Of a DNA stretch of 38,194 bases, positions 20,746 to 29,605 are shown piece after piece. A program made the position numbers and the translations under genes. Position 1 is the first letter of the stretch, and every line of letters starts with the position of its first letter. Source of the DNA: a virus (taxonomy: Duplodnaviria; Heunggongvirae; Uroviricota; Caudoviricetes); the IMG/VR virus record IMGVR_UViG_2537562192_000020. One strand, given 5' to 3'. Under the pieces are notes generated by a model. It made no database searches. It was given only the letters and a program-made list of their open reading frames with translations, and had not been told where the DNA came from.

Positions 20746-20948
20746 TGAAAGTGCGTGCGCATCAGTATGACACGGTGGACGCGCTTTGCTGGCGTCATTA
20801 CGGGCGCACGCAGGGTGTCACGGAGCAGGTACTGAAGGCAAATCCGGGGCTTGCCGAATACGGCCCCTTTTTACCTCACGGGCTGCAGGTGGAGCTGCCG
20901 GACATTCCGACCACCACCACCGTGCAGACCGTCCAGCTATGGGACTGA
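20745..20948 (+). CDS. X: tail protein gpX
   Basis: 67 aa; YGRTQGVTEQVLKANPGLAEYGPFLPHG resembles P2 X. Confidence 0.8.
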   Translation: MKVRAHQYDTVDALCWRHYGRTQGVTEQVLKANPGLAEYGPFLPHGLQVELPDIPTTTTVQTVQLWD

Positions 20949-20951
20949 ATT

Positions 20952-21167
20952 ATGACGCTTGAGCGAATCAGCGCCTTTATCACGTATTGCATCGCCGTCG
21001 TGCTGGCCTGGCTGGGCGATTTGTCCATCAAGGATGCCTCAACGCTGGGCGGCCTGATGATTGGTGTGCTGATGCTGGCTATCAACTGGTACTACAAACA
21101 CAAAGCCTACCAGCTTCTGCGCGACGGGCAGATCTCGCGGGAGGACTATGAATCCATCAATCGTTAA
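20952..21167 (+). CDS. putative holin (class II, possible pinholin)
   Basis: 71 aa with two hydrophobic helices and charged C-terminus, directly upstream of endolysin. Confidence 0.6.
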   Translation: MTLERISAFITYCIAVVLAWLGDLSIKDASTLGGLMIGVLMLAINWYYKHKAYQLLRDGQISREDYESINR

Positions 21168-21660
21168 ACGCTGCCTTGTCGGGGCCGTGCTGGCTATTGC
21201 TGCCACGCTGCCGGGTTTTCAGCAGCTTCACACCTCCGTGGAGGGGCTGAAACTGATTGCCGATTACGAAGGCTGTCGTCTGCAGCCGTATCAGTGCAGC
21301 GCGGGTGTCTGGACCGACGGCATTGGTAATACATCGGGCGTCATTCCCGGCAAAACAATCACGGAACGACAGGCAGCAGAAGGGCTGATCTCCAACGTGC
21401 TGCGTGTGGAGCGGGCACTGGAAAGGTGTGTGAAGCAACAGCCACCACAGAAGGTGTATGACGCTACGGTGTCGTTTGCCTTCAACGTGGGGACGGGCAA
21501 TGCCTGCAGCTCCACGCTGGTGAAATTGCTCAATCAGCGGCGCTGGGCGGATGCGTGCCGACAGTTGCCGCGCTGGGTTTATGTAAAAGGTGTGTTTAAT
21601 CAGGGGCTGGATAACCGCCGTGCGCGGGAGATGGCCTGGTGTTTACAGGGAGCAAACTGA
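21148..21660 (+). CDS. SAR-type endolysin (T4-lysozyme-like, phage 21 R-like)
   Basis: N-terminal hydrophobic anchor CLVGAVLAIAATL; EG...D...T catalytic region; C-terminal FNVGTGN...LPRWVYVKG resembles recalled R21. Confidence 0.7.
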   Translation: MNPSIVKRCLVGAVLAIAATLPGFQQLHTSVEGLKLIADYEGCRLQPYQCSAGVWTDGIGNTSGVIPGKTITERQAAEGLISNVLRVERALERCVKQQPPQKVYDATVSFAFNVGTGNACSSTLVKLLNQRRWADACRQLPRWVYVKGVFNQGLDNRRAREMAWCLQGAN

Positions 21661-21661
21661 A

Positions 21662-22039
21662 ATGAAAAAGAAATTAATCAGCGGACTGTTTCTGATGTTA
21701 TGGATGGCGCTGTTAATCGCAGCAATGGTGTATCCGCAGGGGATTTTTCCGGTACTGGCAGCGTCCGGCGTTTGGGTAGCCTGTTTGCTGACATGGGCGG
21801 TAATTCCGGTAGCACTGGTTGCGTTAATTAAGAATGGCCCGCTCTGGCAGGAGTTGAGGGCATCTTTGCTGAAGACAATTACCCGAAAAGAAAACGTATT
21901 TACCAGTTGGGTGATGCGATTGCTGATTGTTGTAAGTCTCGCCTGGACGGGGTGGGCTATTACCCTGGTCTTTTATCTACTGACCGTTATTGCCTTCTGG
22001 ATCACCCGTAATCAGATGGCGCAACAGGTAGCAGCATGA
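21662..22039 (+). CDS. lysA: LysA-like lysis-accessory membrane protein
   Basis: About 125 aa with about 4 hydrophobic helices, position of P2 lysA. Confidence 0.55.
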   Translation: MKKKLISGLFLMLWMALLIAAMVYPQGIFPVLAASGVWVACLLTWAVIPVALVALIKNGPLWQELRASLLKTITRKENVFTSWVMRLLIVVSLAWTGWAITLVFYLLTVIAFWITRNQMAQQVAA

Positions 22040-22464
22040 ACCGGTTACTGCTGGTTGTGCTGGCGTTATTACTGGCGGCGCTGGGCTGGCAGACGTGGCG
22101 GCTGGCTGATGCCAGCCAGACCATCAGCACGCAGGCAGACGAGCTGCAGAGCAAAAGCCAGGCACTGGCAAAGAGCAACAGCCAGCTTATCAGCCTGTCT
22201 ATTCTGACTGAAACCAATAACCGGGAGCAGGCGCGGCTCTATGCCGAAGCAGAACAGACCAGCGCGCTGCTGAGACAACGACAACACCGGATCGAGGAAC
22301 TGAAACGTGAGAACGAGGATTTACGCCGCTGGGCTGATACTCCTTTGCCTGCTGACATTATCCGGCTGCGGGAACGCCCCACACTCACCGGAGGTGCAGC
22401 TTACCGTCAGTGGTTGTCCGCGAGTGACGCCGTGTCGGCTGGATCAGGCAGCGCCGCGCACTAA
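22036..22464 (+). CDS. lysB: LysB / Rz-like inner-membrane spanin
   Basis: N-terminal transmembrane helix then coiled-coil-like region. Confidence 0.65.
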   Translation: MNRLLLVVLALLLAALGWQTWRLADASQTISTQADELQSKSQALAKSNSQLISLSILTETNNREQARLYAEAEQTSALLRQRQHRIEELKRENEDLRRWADTPLPADIIRLRERPTLTGGAAYRQWLSASDAVSAGSGSAAH

Positions 22465-22597
22465 CGGTGATCTGAATGCGTTGCTGGATGAAACGGAGGC
22501 CGCCTGGGCGGTCTGTGCAGACAAAGTGGATATGATTATTGCGTGTCAGGAGCGAAACAGTGAACAAACCACAATCCCTGCGCCACGCCCTCAATAA
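22307..22597 (+). CDS. lysC: LysC / Rz1-like outer-membrane lipoprotein spanin (embedded in +1 frame)
   Basis: Lipobox LTLSGC after signal-like N-terminus; overlaps lysB out of frame as in P2 lysC. Confidence 0.55.
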   Translation: MRTRIYAAGLILLCLLTLSGCGNAPHSPEVQLTVSGCPRVTPCRLDQAAPRTNGDLNALLDETEAAWAVCADKVDMIIACQERNSEQTTIPAPRPQ

Positions 22598-22991
22598 AGC
22601 GGTGCCTTATGTCCGCAATAACCCGGACAAACTGCATCTGTTTGTGGATAACGGTTCGCTGGTTGCCACGGGGGCCAGCTCCATGTCGTGGGAGTACCGT
22701 TACACCCTGAACGCGGTGATTGAGGATTTCAGCGGCGACCAGAATCTGCTGATGGCCCCGGTTTTGCTGTGGCTGAGGGATAACCAGCCCGATGCCATCA
22801 ATAACCCGGCGTTACGGGAAAAACTATTCACCTTTGAGGTGGATATTCTGCGCAACGATGTCTGTGATATCAGCCTGAACCTGCAACTGACGGAGCGTGT
22901 GCTGGTCAGCACTGACGGTAGTGTGTCGAGCGTTGAAGCTATAGCGGAACCTGATGAACCTGAAGAAATGTGGACGGTGAAACGTGGCTGA
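22560..22991 (+). CDS. R: tail completion protein gpR
   Basis: GTG 22560 with AGGAG RBS; FVDNGS..PVLLWLRDNQPD resembles P2 R. Confidence 0.7.
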   Translation: MNKPQSLRHALNKAVPYVRNNPDKLHLFVDNGSLVATGASSMSWEYRYTLNAVIEDFSGDQNLLMAPVLLWLRDNQPDAINNPALREKLFTFEVDILRNDVCDISLNLQLTERVLVSTDGSVSSVEAIAEPDEPEEMWTVKRG

Positions 22992-23430
22992 ACTGCAGAA
23001 AGTGGACGACTGGCTGAGTGCCTTGCTGGCGAATCTGGAACCAGCCGCCAGAAGCCGCATGATGCGCCAGCTGGCGCAGGAACTGCGCCGGACACAGCAG
23101 CAGAACATCAGGATGCAACGCAATCCTGATGGCAGCAGCTATGAACCGAGGCGAGTAACAGCACGCAGTAAAAAAGGCCGTATCAAACGGCAGATGTTTA
23201 CAAAACTTCGCACCACAAAATACCTGAAAACCGCCGCCAGCGAGGATTCTGCCAGCGTGCAGTTTGAAGGTAAGGTGCAGCGCATTGCCCGCGTTCACCA
23301 TTATGGCCTGCGTGATCGCGTCAGCCGCAAAGGACCGGAGGTCCGTTACGCAGAGCGTCGCCTTCTGGGCGTAAATGATGATGTTGAGGCAATGACCCGC
23401 GACATGATTCTGCAATGGTTGGCGGGGTGA
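22984..23430 (+). CDS. S: tail completion protein gpS
   Basis: GTG start overlapping R stop; P2 order. Confidence 0.7.
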   Translation: MAELQKVDDWLSALLANLEPAARSRMMRQLAQELRRTQQQNIRMQRNPDGSSYEPRRVTARSKKGRIKRQMFTKLRTTKYLKTAASEDSASVQFEGKVQRIARVHHYGLRDRVSRKGPEVRYAERRLLGVNDDVEAMTRDMILQWLAG

Positions 23431-23434
23431 TTTT

Positions 23435-23452
23435 TGTATCAGCAGTGATACA
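23435..23452. promoter_or_regulatory. Ogr/B-type site (TGT-N12-ACA) upstream of V
   Basis: TGTATCAGCAGTGATACA; unusually close (47 bp) to the annotated V start. Confidence 0.4.
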
Positions 23453-23498
23453 AGTTGCAGCACTGCCGCCTTTCTTCCCCTGATGGCAACCTTTCCCT

Positions 23499-24077
23499 AT
23501 GAACGCACAATTAACCGAAATCATGCGCCTTATCACCAATCTGATCCGCACTGGTGTAGTCACCGAAGTGGACCGGGAACACTGGCTTTGTCGGGTGAAA
23601 ACGGGCGACCTTGAAACCAACTGGATTAACTGGCTGACGCTGCGCGCGGGTAATGCCCGCACATGGTGGAAACCATCGGAAGGTGAGCAGGTGGTGCTAC
23701 TGAGTTTGGGCGGCAATCTGGAAACTGCCTTTGCGCTGCCCGCTGTCTATTCGAATCAGTTCGCACCACCGTCGACGTCGGCAGACGCCTGCGTGACAGA
23801 ACATCCTGACGGTGGCTGGTTTGAATACGAACCCGCCACCGGGCGCTGGTATGTCAGGGGCATCAAATCAATGGTCATTGAGGCCGCTGACAACATCACC
23901 ATGAAAACCAGTGAGTTTGTACTGGAGGCTGACCGCACGCGCATTAACAGCGAAGTGGTGATCAATGGTGGTGTTACCCAGGGCGGCGGAGCGATGAGTT
24001 CTAACGGGATCGTGGTTGATGCGCATCAGCATACTGGCGTCCTGAAAGGCGGCGATACAACCGGAGGACCGGTATGA
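23499..24077 (+). CDS. V: baseplate spike/assembly protein gpV
   Basis: 192 aa; RTGVVTE..W..W..RAG..RTWW.PS.GEQV...GG resembles P2 V. Confidence 0.8.
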   Translation: MNAQLTEIMRLITNLIRTGVVTEVDREHWLCRVKTGDLETNWINWLTLRAGNARTWWKPSEGEQVVLLSLGGNLETAFALPAVYSNQFAPPSTSADACVTEHPDGGWFEYEPATGRWYVRGIKSMVIEAADNITMKTSEFVLEADRTRINSEVVINGGVTQGGGAMSSNGIVVDAHQHTGVLKGGDTTGGPV

Positions 24078-24433
24078 CGCTTTATAGCGGGATGAACAAT
24101 ACCAGCGGCAAAGTCATTACTGATATTGACCATCTGCGCCAGTCGGTGCGGGACATTCTGCTGACGCCGCAGGGTAGCCGCATTGCTCGTCGTGAATATG
24201 GTTCCCTGCTGTCGGCACTGATAGACCAGCCACAAAATCCGGCGTTACGCCTGCAGGTCATGTCGGCAGTGTATGTGGCGCTGAGTCGCTGGGAGCCACG
24301 GCTGACGCTGGATTCCATCACCATCAACAGCAACTTTGACGGTTCTATGGTGGTGGAGCTGACCGGGCGGCGGAATAACGGTGTGCCTGTGTCCCTTTCC
24401 GTATCAACAGGAGCAGAGAATGGCAGTGATTGA
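24074..24433 (+). CDS. W: baseplate protein gpW (gp25/GPW family)
   Basis: 119 aa, ATGA overlap with V. Confidence 0.8.
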   Translation: MTLYSGMNNTSGKVITDIDHLRQSVRDILLTPQGSRIARREYGSLLSALIDQPQNPALRLQVMSAVYVALSRWEPRLTLDSITINSNFDGSMVVELTGRRNNGVPVSLSVSTGAENGSD

Positions 24434-25328
24434 CCTTTCGCAGTTGCCTGCGCCGCAGATTGTCGATGTGCCGGACTTTGAGGCGCTGCTTGCCGAACGC
24501 AAGGCCGAATTTGTTGCGCTTCATCCGAAAGATGAGCAGGAAGCCGTGATCCGCACGCTGGAACTGGAATCTGAACCCGTCACCAAATTGCTTCAGGAGA
24601 ACGCTTACCGTGAGTTGCTTCTGCGCCAGCGCATTAACGAAGCCGCGCAGGCTGTGATGGTGGCTTACGCGATGGGCGGCGATCTTGACCAGCTCGCTGC
24701 CAACTACAACGTGAAACGCCTGACGGTGACGCCTGCTGATAATGACGCTGTGCCGCCCGTTGCAGCTGTGATGGAAAGCGATGAAGCGTTACGCCTGCGT
24801 GTGCCTGCAGCCTTTGAGGGGCTTTCTGTTGCGGGGCCAACTGCCGCTTATGAGTTTCATGCACGAAGCGCCGACGGTCGGGTGGCGGATGCCAGTGCAA
24901 CCAGTCCGGCACCTGCAGAGGTGGTGCTGACTGTCCTTAGCCGCGAAGGCGACGGAACAGCAGAAAAAGACTTGCTGGATGTGGTGGAGAACGCCCTGAA
25001 CAGTGAGAACGTCCGCCCGGTGGCTGACCGTCTGACGGTTCGCAGCGCAGAAATCATCCCGTATCGCGTGGAAGCCACCATTTTTCTTTATCCGGGACCG
25101 GAAGCAGAGCCGGTAATGGCCGCGGCAAAAGCCAGCCTGCAGAAGTACATCGCCAGTCAGACGCGGCTTGGTCGGGATATTCGCCGTAGCGCCATCTTTG
25201 CCGCCCTGCATGTTGAGGGGGTGCAGCGTGTGGAGCTGGCTTCGCCGCTGGCGGATGTGGTCCTGAACAAAACACAGGCGGCATCATGTACGCAGTGGAG
25301 CGTAACCAACGGAGGAACGGATGAATAG
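24420..25328 (+). CDS. J: baseplate assembly protein gpJ
   Basis: ATG 24420; MAVIDLSQLPAP...RLGRDIR.SAI.AALHVEGVQRVELA.PLAD matches recalled P2 J. Confidence 0.85.
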   Translation: MAVIDLSQLPAPQIVDVPDFEALLAERKAEFVALHPKDEQEAVIRTLELESEPVTKLLQENAYRELLLRQRINEAAQAVMVAYAMGGDLDQLAANYNVKRLTVTPADNDAVPPVAAVMESDEALRLRVPAAFEGLSVAGPTAAYEFHARSADGRVADASATSPAPAEVVLTVLSREGDGTAEKDLLDVVENALNSENVRPVADRLTVRSAEIIPYRVEATIFLYPGPEAEPVMAAAKASLQKYIASQTRLGRDIRRSAIFAALHVEGVQRVELASPLADVVLNKTQAASCTQWSVTNGGTDE

Positions 25329-25926
25329 TCTGCTGCCACCGGGTTCAACACCACTGGAGCGCCGACTGGCGCGAACCTGCAGCGGGATTTCTGATCTGCA
25401 GGTGCCACTGCGTGACTTGTGGAATCCTGCGACCTGTCCGGTCAGTTTCCTGCCTTATCTCGCCTGGGCGTTCTCTGTGGAACGCTGGGACGAGAGCTGG
25501 ACAGAAAGCGTCAAACGCCAGGTGGTGAAGGATGCTTTTTATATTCATCAGCACAAAGGAACCACCAGTGCCGTGCGGCGGGTGGTGGAGCCGTTCGGCT
25601 TCCTGATCCGCATTATTGAGTGGTGGCAGACCGGAGAAACACCAGGCACGTTTCGCCTGGATATCGGCGTGCAGGATCAGGGCATCACTGAAGATACCTA
25701 TCTGGAACTTGAGCGGCTGATAAGCGATGCCAAACCATGTAGCCGTCACATGATCGGCATGTCCATCAATCTGCAGACCAGTGGCCCGCACTGGGTAGGG
25801 GCCGCCAGCTATCTTGGTGAAGAAATCACGATCTATCCGTATATCAACGAAACAATTATTTCTGGCGGCACCGCGCATGAAGGCGGGGCGGTCCATGTTA
25901 TTGACACAATGAGAGTGAATCCATGA
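25321..25926 (+). CDS. I: baseplate/tail protein gpI
   Basis: 201 aa, P2 order. Confidence 0.8.
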   Translation: MNSLLPPGSTPLERRLARTCSGISDLQVPLRDLWNPATCPVSFLPYLAWAFSVERWDESWTESVKRQVVKDAFYIHQHKGTTSAVRRVVEPFGFLIRIIEWWQTGETPGTFRLDIGVQDQGITEDTYLELERLISDAKPCSRHMIGMSINLQTSGPHWVGAASYLGEEITIYPYINETIISGGTAHEGGAVHVIDTMRVNP

Positions 25927-27467
25927 GCACAAAATTTTATACCCTGCTGACGGATATTGGCGCGGCGAAACTTGCCAGCGCCGCCGCGCTCGGTGTGCCG
26001 CTAAAAATTACCCATATGGCGGTCGGCGATGGCGGCGGAGTATTACCGACGCCGGACGCAAAGCAGACGGCACTGGTAAATGAGAAACGCCGGGCTGCGT
26101 TGAATATGCTTTATATCGACCCGCAGAACAGTAGCTAGATTATTGCTGAACAGGTGATCCCTGAAAACGAGGGCGGTTGGTGGATACGTGAAGTGGGCCT
26201 GTTTGATGAGTCCGGGGCATTGATTGCCGTGGGAAACTGCCCGGAAAGCTATAAGCCGCAACTGGCTGAAGGCAGCGGGCGTACCCAGACCGTGCGCATG
26301 GTGCTGATTACCAGCAGCACGGACAATATCATCCTGAAAATCGACCCTGCTGTAGTGCTGGCAACCCGTAAATACGTGGATGATAAAGTCCTGGAATTAA
26401 AGCTGTATGTGGATGACCAGATGAGAAACCACATTGCCGCACAAGATCCTCATACCCAGTATGCGCAGAAACATAATCCGACATTTACCGGAGAACCAAA
26501 AGCGCCGACGCCTGCAGCAGGAAATAACACCACTCGGATTGCGACCACAGAGTTTGTTCAGGCCGCTATTACTGCTCTGATTAACGGTGCGCCAGGCACG
26601 CTGGACACACTGAAAGAAATTGCCGCAGCCATTAACAATGACCCGAAATTCAGTACCACTATTAATAATGCGCTGGCACTGAAAGCGCCGCTGTCGAGTC
26701 CGGCACTTACCGGAACGCCAACAGCACCTACTGCGGCGCAGTCGGTCAACAATACACAGATTGCCACTACGGCTTTTGTGAAATCGGCGATTGCAGGAAT
26801 GGTGGGTTCTGCACCTGCGGCACTGGATACATTGAACGAACTGGCGGCGGCGCTGGGGAATGACCCGAACTTTGCCACGACAATGCTTAATGCGCTAGCA
26901 GGTAAACAACCGCTGGACAATACGCTGACTAATTTGAGTGGAAAGGATGTAGCTGGTCTTCTCGCATACCTTGGTTTGGGAGAAGGCTCTGCATTACCGG
27001 TTGGGGTGCCTGTTCCGTGGCCTTCAGCCACACCGCCGACAGGCTGGCTGAAATGCAACGGTGCAGCTTTTTCTGCTGAAGAATACCCGGAACTGGCAAA
27101 GGCTTATCCGACAAATAAATTGCCTGATTTACGTGGTGAGTTTATTCGTGGCTGGGATGATGAACGTGGTGTGGATAGTGGGCGAACTCTGCTTTCAGCG
27201 CAAGGAGATGCTATTCGAAACATTACTGGCGGTTTTGGTCAGTTGCGCGTAAACAGCGAAATAAATGCAATTGTTGATGTTCAAAGTGTGAGTGGTGCTT
27301 TTTACGGAGGTACCTCAGTCCGGAATAACATCAACGTATCTATGACATACGCTAATGACCGAAAAATCCGACAAGATGTTCACTTCTCGGCGGCAAATGT
27401 TGTTCCAACAGCAAATGAAAATCGTCCACGTAACATCGCCTTTAATTATATTGTGAGGGCCGCATGA
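25923..27467 (+). pseudogene. H: tail fibre protein gpH interrupted by in-frame TAG at 26136-26138
   Basis: 25923-26135 and 26139-27467 are in the same frame, separated by a single amber codon; flanking residues align with recalled P2 H N-terminus (…NSNY-IIAE…), the stop replacing the Tyr. Confidence 0.6.
26959..26984. repeat. gix/hix-like 26-bp invertase crossover site (left) inside H
   Basis: TTCTCGCATACC-TT-GGTTTGGGAGAA, imperfect palindrome resembling Gin/Hin sites. Confidence 0.65.
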
Positions 27468-28069
27468 TGAATAAAGCTGTATTAAATAGCGAACTCATCA
27501 CCACAAAGGCGGGAGACATTACCGTTTACAATTATGATGGTGAGACACGAGAATATATTTCCACATCAACTGAATATCTTGCTGTGGGTGTCGGTATCCC
27601 GGCATGTTCCTGTTTAGATGCTCCTGGAACACATAAGGCTGGTTATGCAATCTGCCGTTCGGCAGATTTAAACTCATGGGAATATGTGCCAGACCATCGC
27701 GGTGAAGTTGTCTATAACACCGAAACGGGAGAATCAAAAGAAATCACAGCTCCGGGTAATTACCCTGAAAATACAACCACTATCGTCCCGTTAACGCCAT
27801 ACGATAAATGGGATGGTGAGAAATGGGTGACGGATACCGAGGCACAGCATAGCGCCGCAGTAGAAGCGGCAGAAGCACAGCGCCAGTCGCTGATTGATGC
27901 TGCAATGGCTTCCATCAGTCTGATTCAACTGAAATTACAGGCCGGGCGGAAGCTGACGCAGGCAGAAACCACCCGACTTAACGCCGTGCTGGATTACATT
28001 GACGCGGTGACGGCAACAGATACCAGCACTGCGCCGGATGTCATCTGGCCTGAACTGCCGGAGGCGTAG
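27464..28069 (+). CDS. G: tail fibre assembly chaperone gpG (Tfa)
   Basis: 201 aa following H; Tfa-like C-terminus. Confidence 0.75.
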   Translation: MMNKAVLNSELITTKAGDITVYNYDGETREYISTSTEYLAVGVGIPACSCLDAPGTHKAGYAICRSADLNSWEYVPDHRGEVVYNTETGESKEITAPGNYPENTTTIVPLTPYDKWDGEKWVTDTEAQHSAAVEAAEAQRQSLIDAAMASISLIQLKLQAGRKLTQAETTRLNAVLDYIDAVTATDTSTAPDVIWPELPEA

Positions 28070-28460
28070 GCCATTCAATATCTGGAGCACTGGAGGTATC
28101 AACCAGTTCCAGTGCGTCCAGATAATCCAGCCACAAATTATATTGCGCCAGTTCCTCACCTTTCAGACGACCAATAGCGGCTTTACCAGGCCATTGCTTA
28201 CTGTTCATGTATTCGTTGGCCTGTTCAATAAGTATACTTTTCATTCCCTCCGCTTCAGCTATTTCCTGTTCCTGTGTCTTCGCTGGATATTCAGTAAGTA
28301 CAGGGTAGTTATCCGGGTTATTGATAATAATTTTCCCCGTACTCTGACCATTCATAAGTTCATAATAAAGAGCATCTTCAATATCGAAAGCATCATCGGG
28401 AATATCGCTGTTATTTTCAGAGAAAAATCCCTGAACAGATGGGGACCATTTCATTTTCAT
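28041..28460 (-). CDS. alternative tail fibre assembly chaperone (Tfa') in inverted orientation
   Basis: 139-aa convergent ORF; C-terminus ...[12 protein letters not shown] parallels gpG C-terminus ...[12 protein letters not shown]. Confidence 0.65.
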   Translation of the reverse strand: MKMKWSPSVQGFFSENNSDIPDDAFDIEDALYYELMNGQSTGKIIINNPDNYPVLTEYPAKTQEQEIAEAEGMKSILIEQANEYMNSKQWPGKAAIGRLKGEELAQYNLWLDYLDALELVDTSSAPDIEWPTPPAVQAR

Positions 28461-28870
28461 AATTTCCCAATTCCTAAAATGTGGACATCATCAGCCTTAC
28501 GGGCATTCCAGGTGACAATTACATCGGTAGAGTGACGATTAACTGAGATTGCATATGCTTCGTTAGTCGAGCCAGAAACTTTTGTAGCAAACACAGCAAA
28601 CAGGACACCAAATGACTGGGGCCATTTATAGCCTGACAGCTGATAATTACCATTATTCAGTGTTACAGCTTTGGCTGCTGCACTTGATGGAATCGTCAGC
28701 CACTGAAGTATCAACCCTCCTGGCAAAAGTTGTTTTCCGTAATAATCCCTCACCCCACTAAATGAAGCCATGTCCGGTATCTGATTTTCCCCTGTTCCCA
28801 CACCCCGTTTTGCCGCTTCTCCCAAACCAACGTTTATGAAAATGCAGAGATAACGGCTAACTGGCATCAT
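28457..28870 (-). CDS. alternative tail fibre C-terminal variable domain (promoterless; expressed only after inversion)
   Basis: Minus-strand ORF; shares GLGE junction codons with H at the crossover site, then diverges. Confidence 0.6.
   Translation of the reverse strand: MMPVSRYLCIFINVGLGEAAKRGVGTGENQIPDMASFSGVRDYYGKQLLPGGLILQWLTIPSSAAAKAVTLNNGNYQLSGYKWPQSFGVLFAVFATKVSGSTNEAYAISVNRHSTDVIVTWNARKADDVHILGIGKL
28817..28842. repeat. gix/hix-like 26-bp invertase crossover site (right)
   Basis: TTCTCCCAAACC-AA-CGTTTATGAAAA; left half is the exact reverse complement of the right half of site 26959-26984; about 55 bp upstream of invertase gene. Confidence 0.65.
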
Positions 28871-28897
28871 CTCCGGTTTTTATTCAGGGGGATGATC

Positions 28898-29479
28898 ATG
28901 CTTATTGGCTATGTACGCGTGTCAACAAATGACCAGAACACCGATTTGCAACGCAATGCACTGAACTGTGCGGGATGTGAGCGGATTTTTGAGGATAAAA
29001 TCAGTGGCACCAAGTCCGACAGACCGGGGCTGAAAAAGCTGCTCAGGACACTATCGGCAGGAGACACGCTGGTTGTCTGGAAGCTGGACAGACTGGGGCG
29101 CAGTATGCGGCATCTTGTTACGCTGATAGAAGAGCTGCGCCAGCGTGGCGTGAATTTCCGAAGCCTGACTGACAGTATTGATACCAGCACCCCAATGGGC
29201 CGTTTCTTTTTTCATGTCATGGGTGCCCTGGCTGAAATGGAACGCGAACTGATAGTTGAACGTACCAGGGCGGGGCTGGCTGCAGCTCGTGCTAAAGGCA
29301 GAGTAGGTGGACGCCGTCCTAAGTTGACCAGCGAACAGTGGGCACAGATTGGGCGTTTACTCGAGGACGGAGAATCAAGACAGCGTATTGCACTGATTTT
29401 TGATGTAGGCGTTTCTACCATTTATCGAAAATTTCGGCAAATAAGAACAATAAATCTCCCTGAATCAGCTTTATTTTGA
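28898..29479 (+). CDS. serine DNA invertase (Gin/Pin/Hin/Cin family)
   Basis: MLIGYVRVSTNDQNTDLQRNAL... near-identical in pattern to recalled Gin; catalytic Ser in YVRVST. Confidence 0.9.
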   Translation: MLIGYVRVSTNDQNTDLQRNALNCAGCERIFEDKISGTKSDRPGLKKLLRTLSAGDTLVVWKLDRLGRSMRHLVTLIEELRQRGVNFRSLTDSIDTSTPMGRFFFHVMGALAEMERELIVERTRAGLAAARAKGRVGGRRPKLTSEQWAQIGRLLEDGESRQRIALIFDVGVSTIYRKFRQIRTINLPESALF

Positions 29480-29511
29480 TTATCCCTGAAAGCAGACAAA
29501 TACCGTCATTT

Positions 29512-29529
29512 TGTGTGAATAACGGTACA
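29512..29529. promoter_or_regulatory. Ogr/B-type site (TGT-N12-ACA) upstream of FI
   Basis: TGTGTGAATAACGGTACA, about 80 bp upstream of sheath start. Confidence 0.5.
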
Positions 29530-29605
29530 ACTGCGCTTGGCTGTTTGTCAGGCACAATCACTTCAACATAGGGCGAAGCCTAATCCAATCAGGAGGTTCG
29601 CCACT

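Larger units (their letters stand above)
26959..28842. other. invertible tail-fibre segment (G/C/P-segment analogue)
   Basis: Bounded by inverted gix-like sites; holds H variable C-terminus + tfa on + strand and an alternative fibre C-terminus + tfa on - strand; both orientations fuse in frame at shared GLGE codons. Confidence 0.65.

Noticed and set aside
22939-23463. 174-aa minus-strand ORF
   Set aside because: Antisense to tail completion gene S and the S/V junction.
26154-27467. GTG at 26154 as the start of the tail fibre gene (as in the ORF track)
   Set aside because: The same frame is open upstream to ATG 25923 apart from one TAG, and the upstream translation aligns with the P2 H N-terminus; 26154 is just the first possible restart after the amber codon.
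28038-28535. 165-aa plus-strand ORF within the invertible segment
   Set aside because: Antisense to the alternative Tfa and fibre C-terminus genes; Phe/Ile-rich translation reflects the AT-rich reverse strand.
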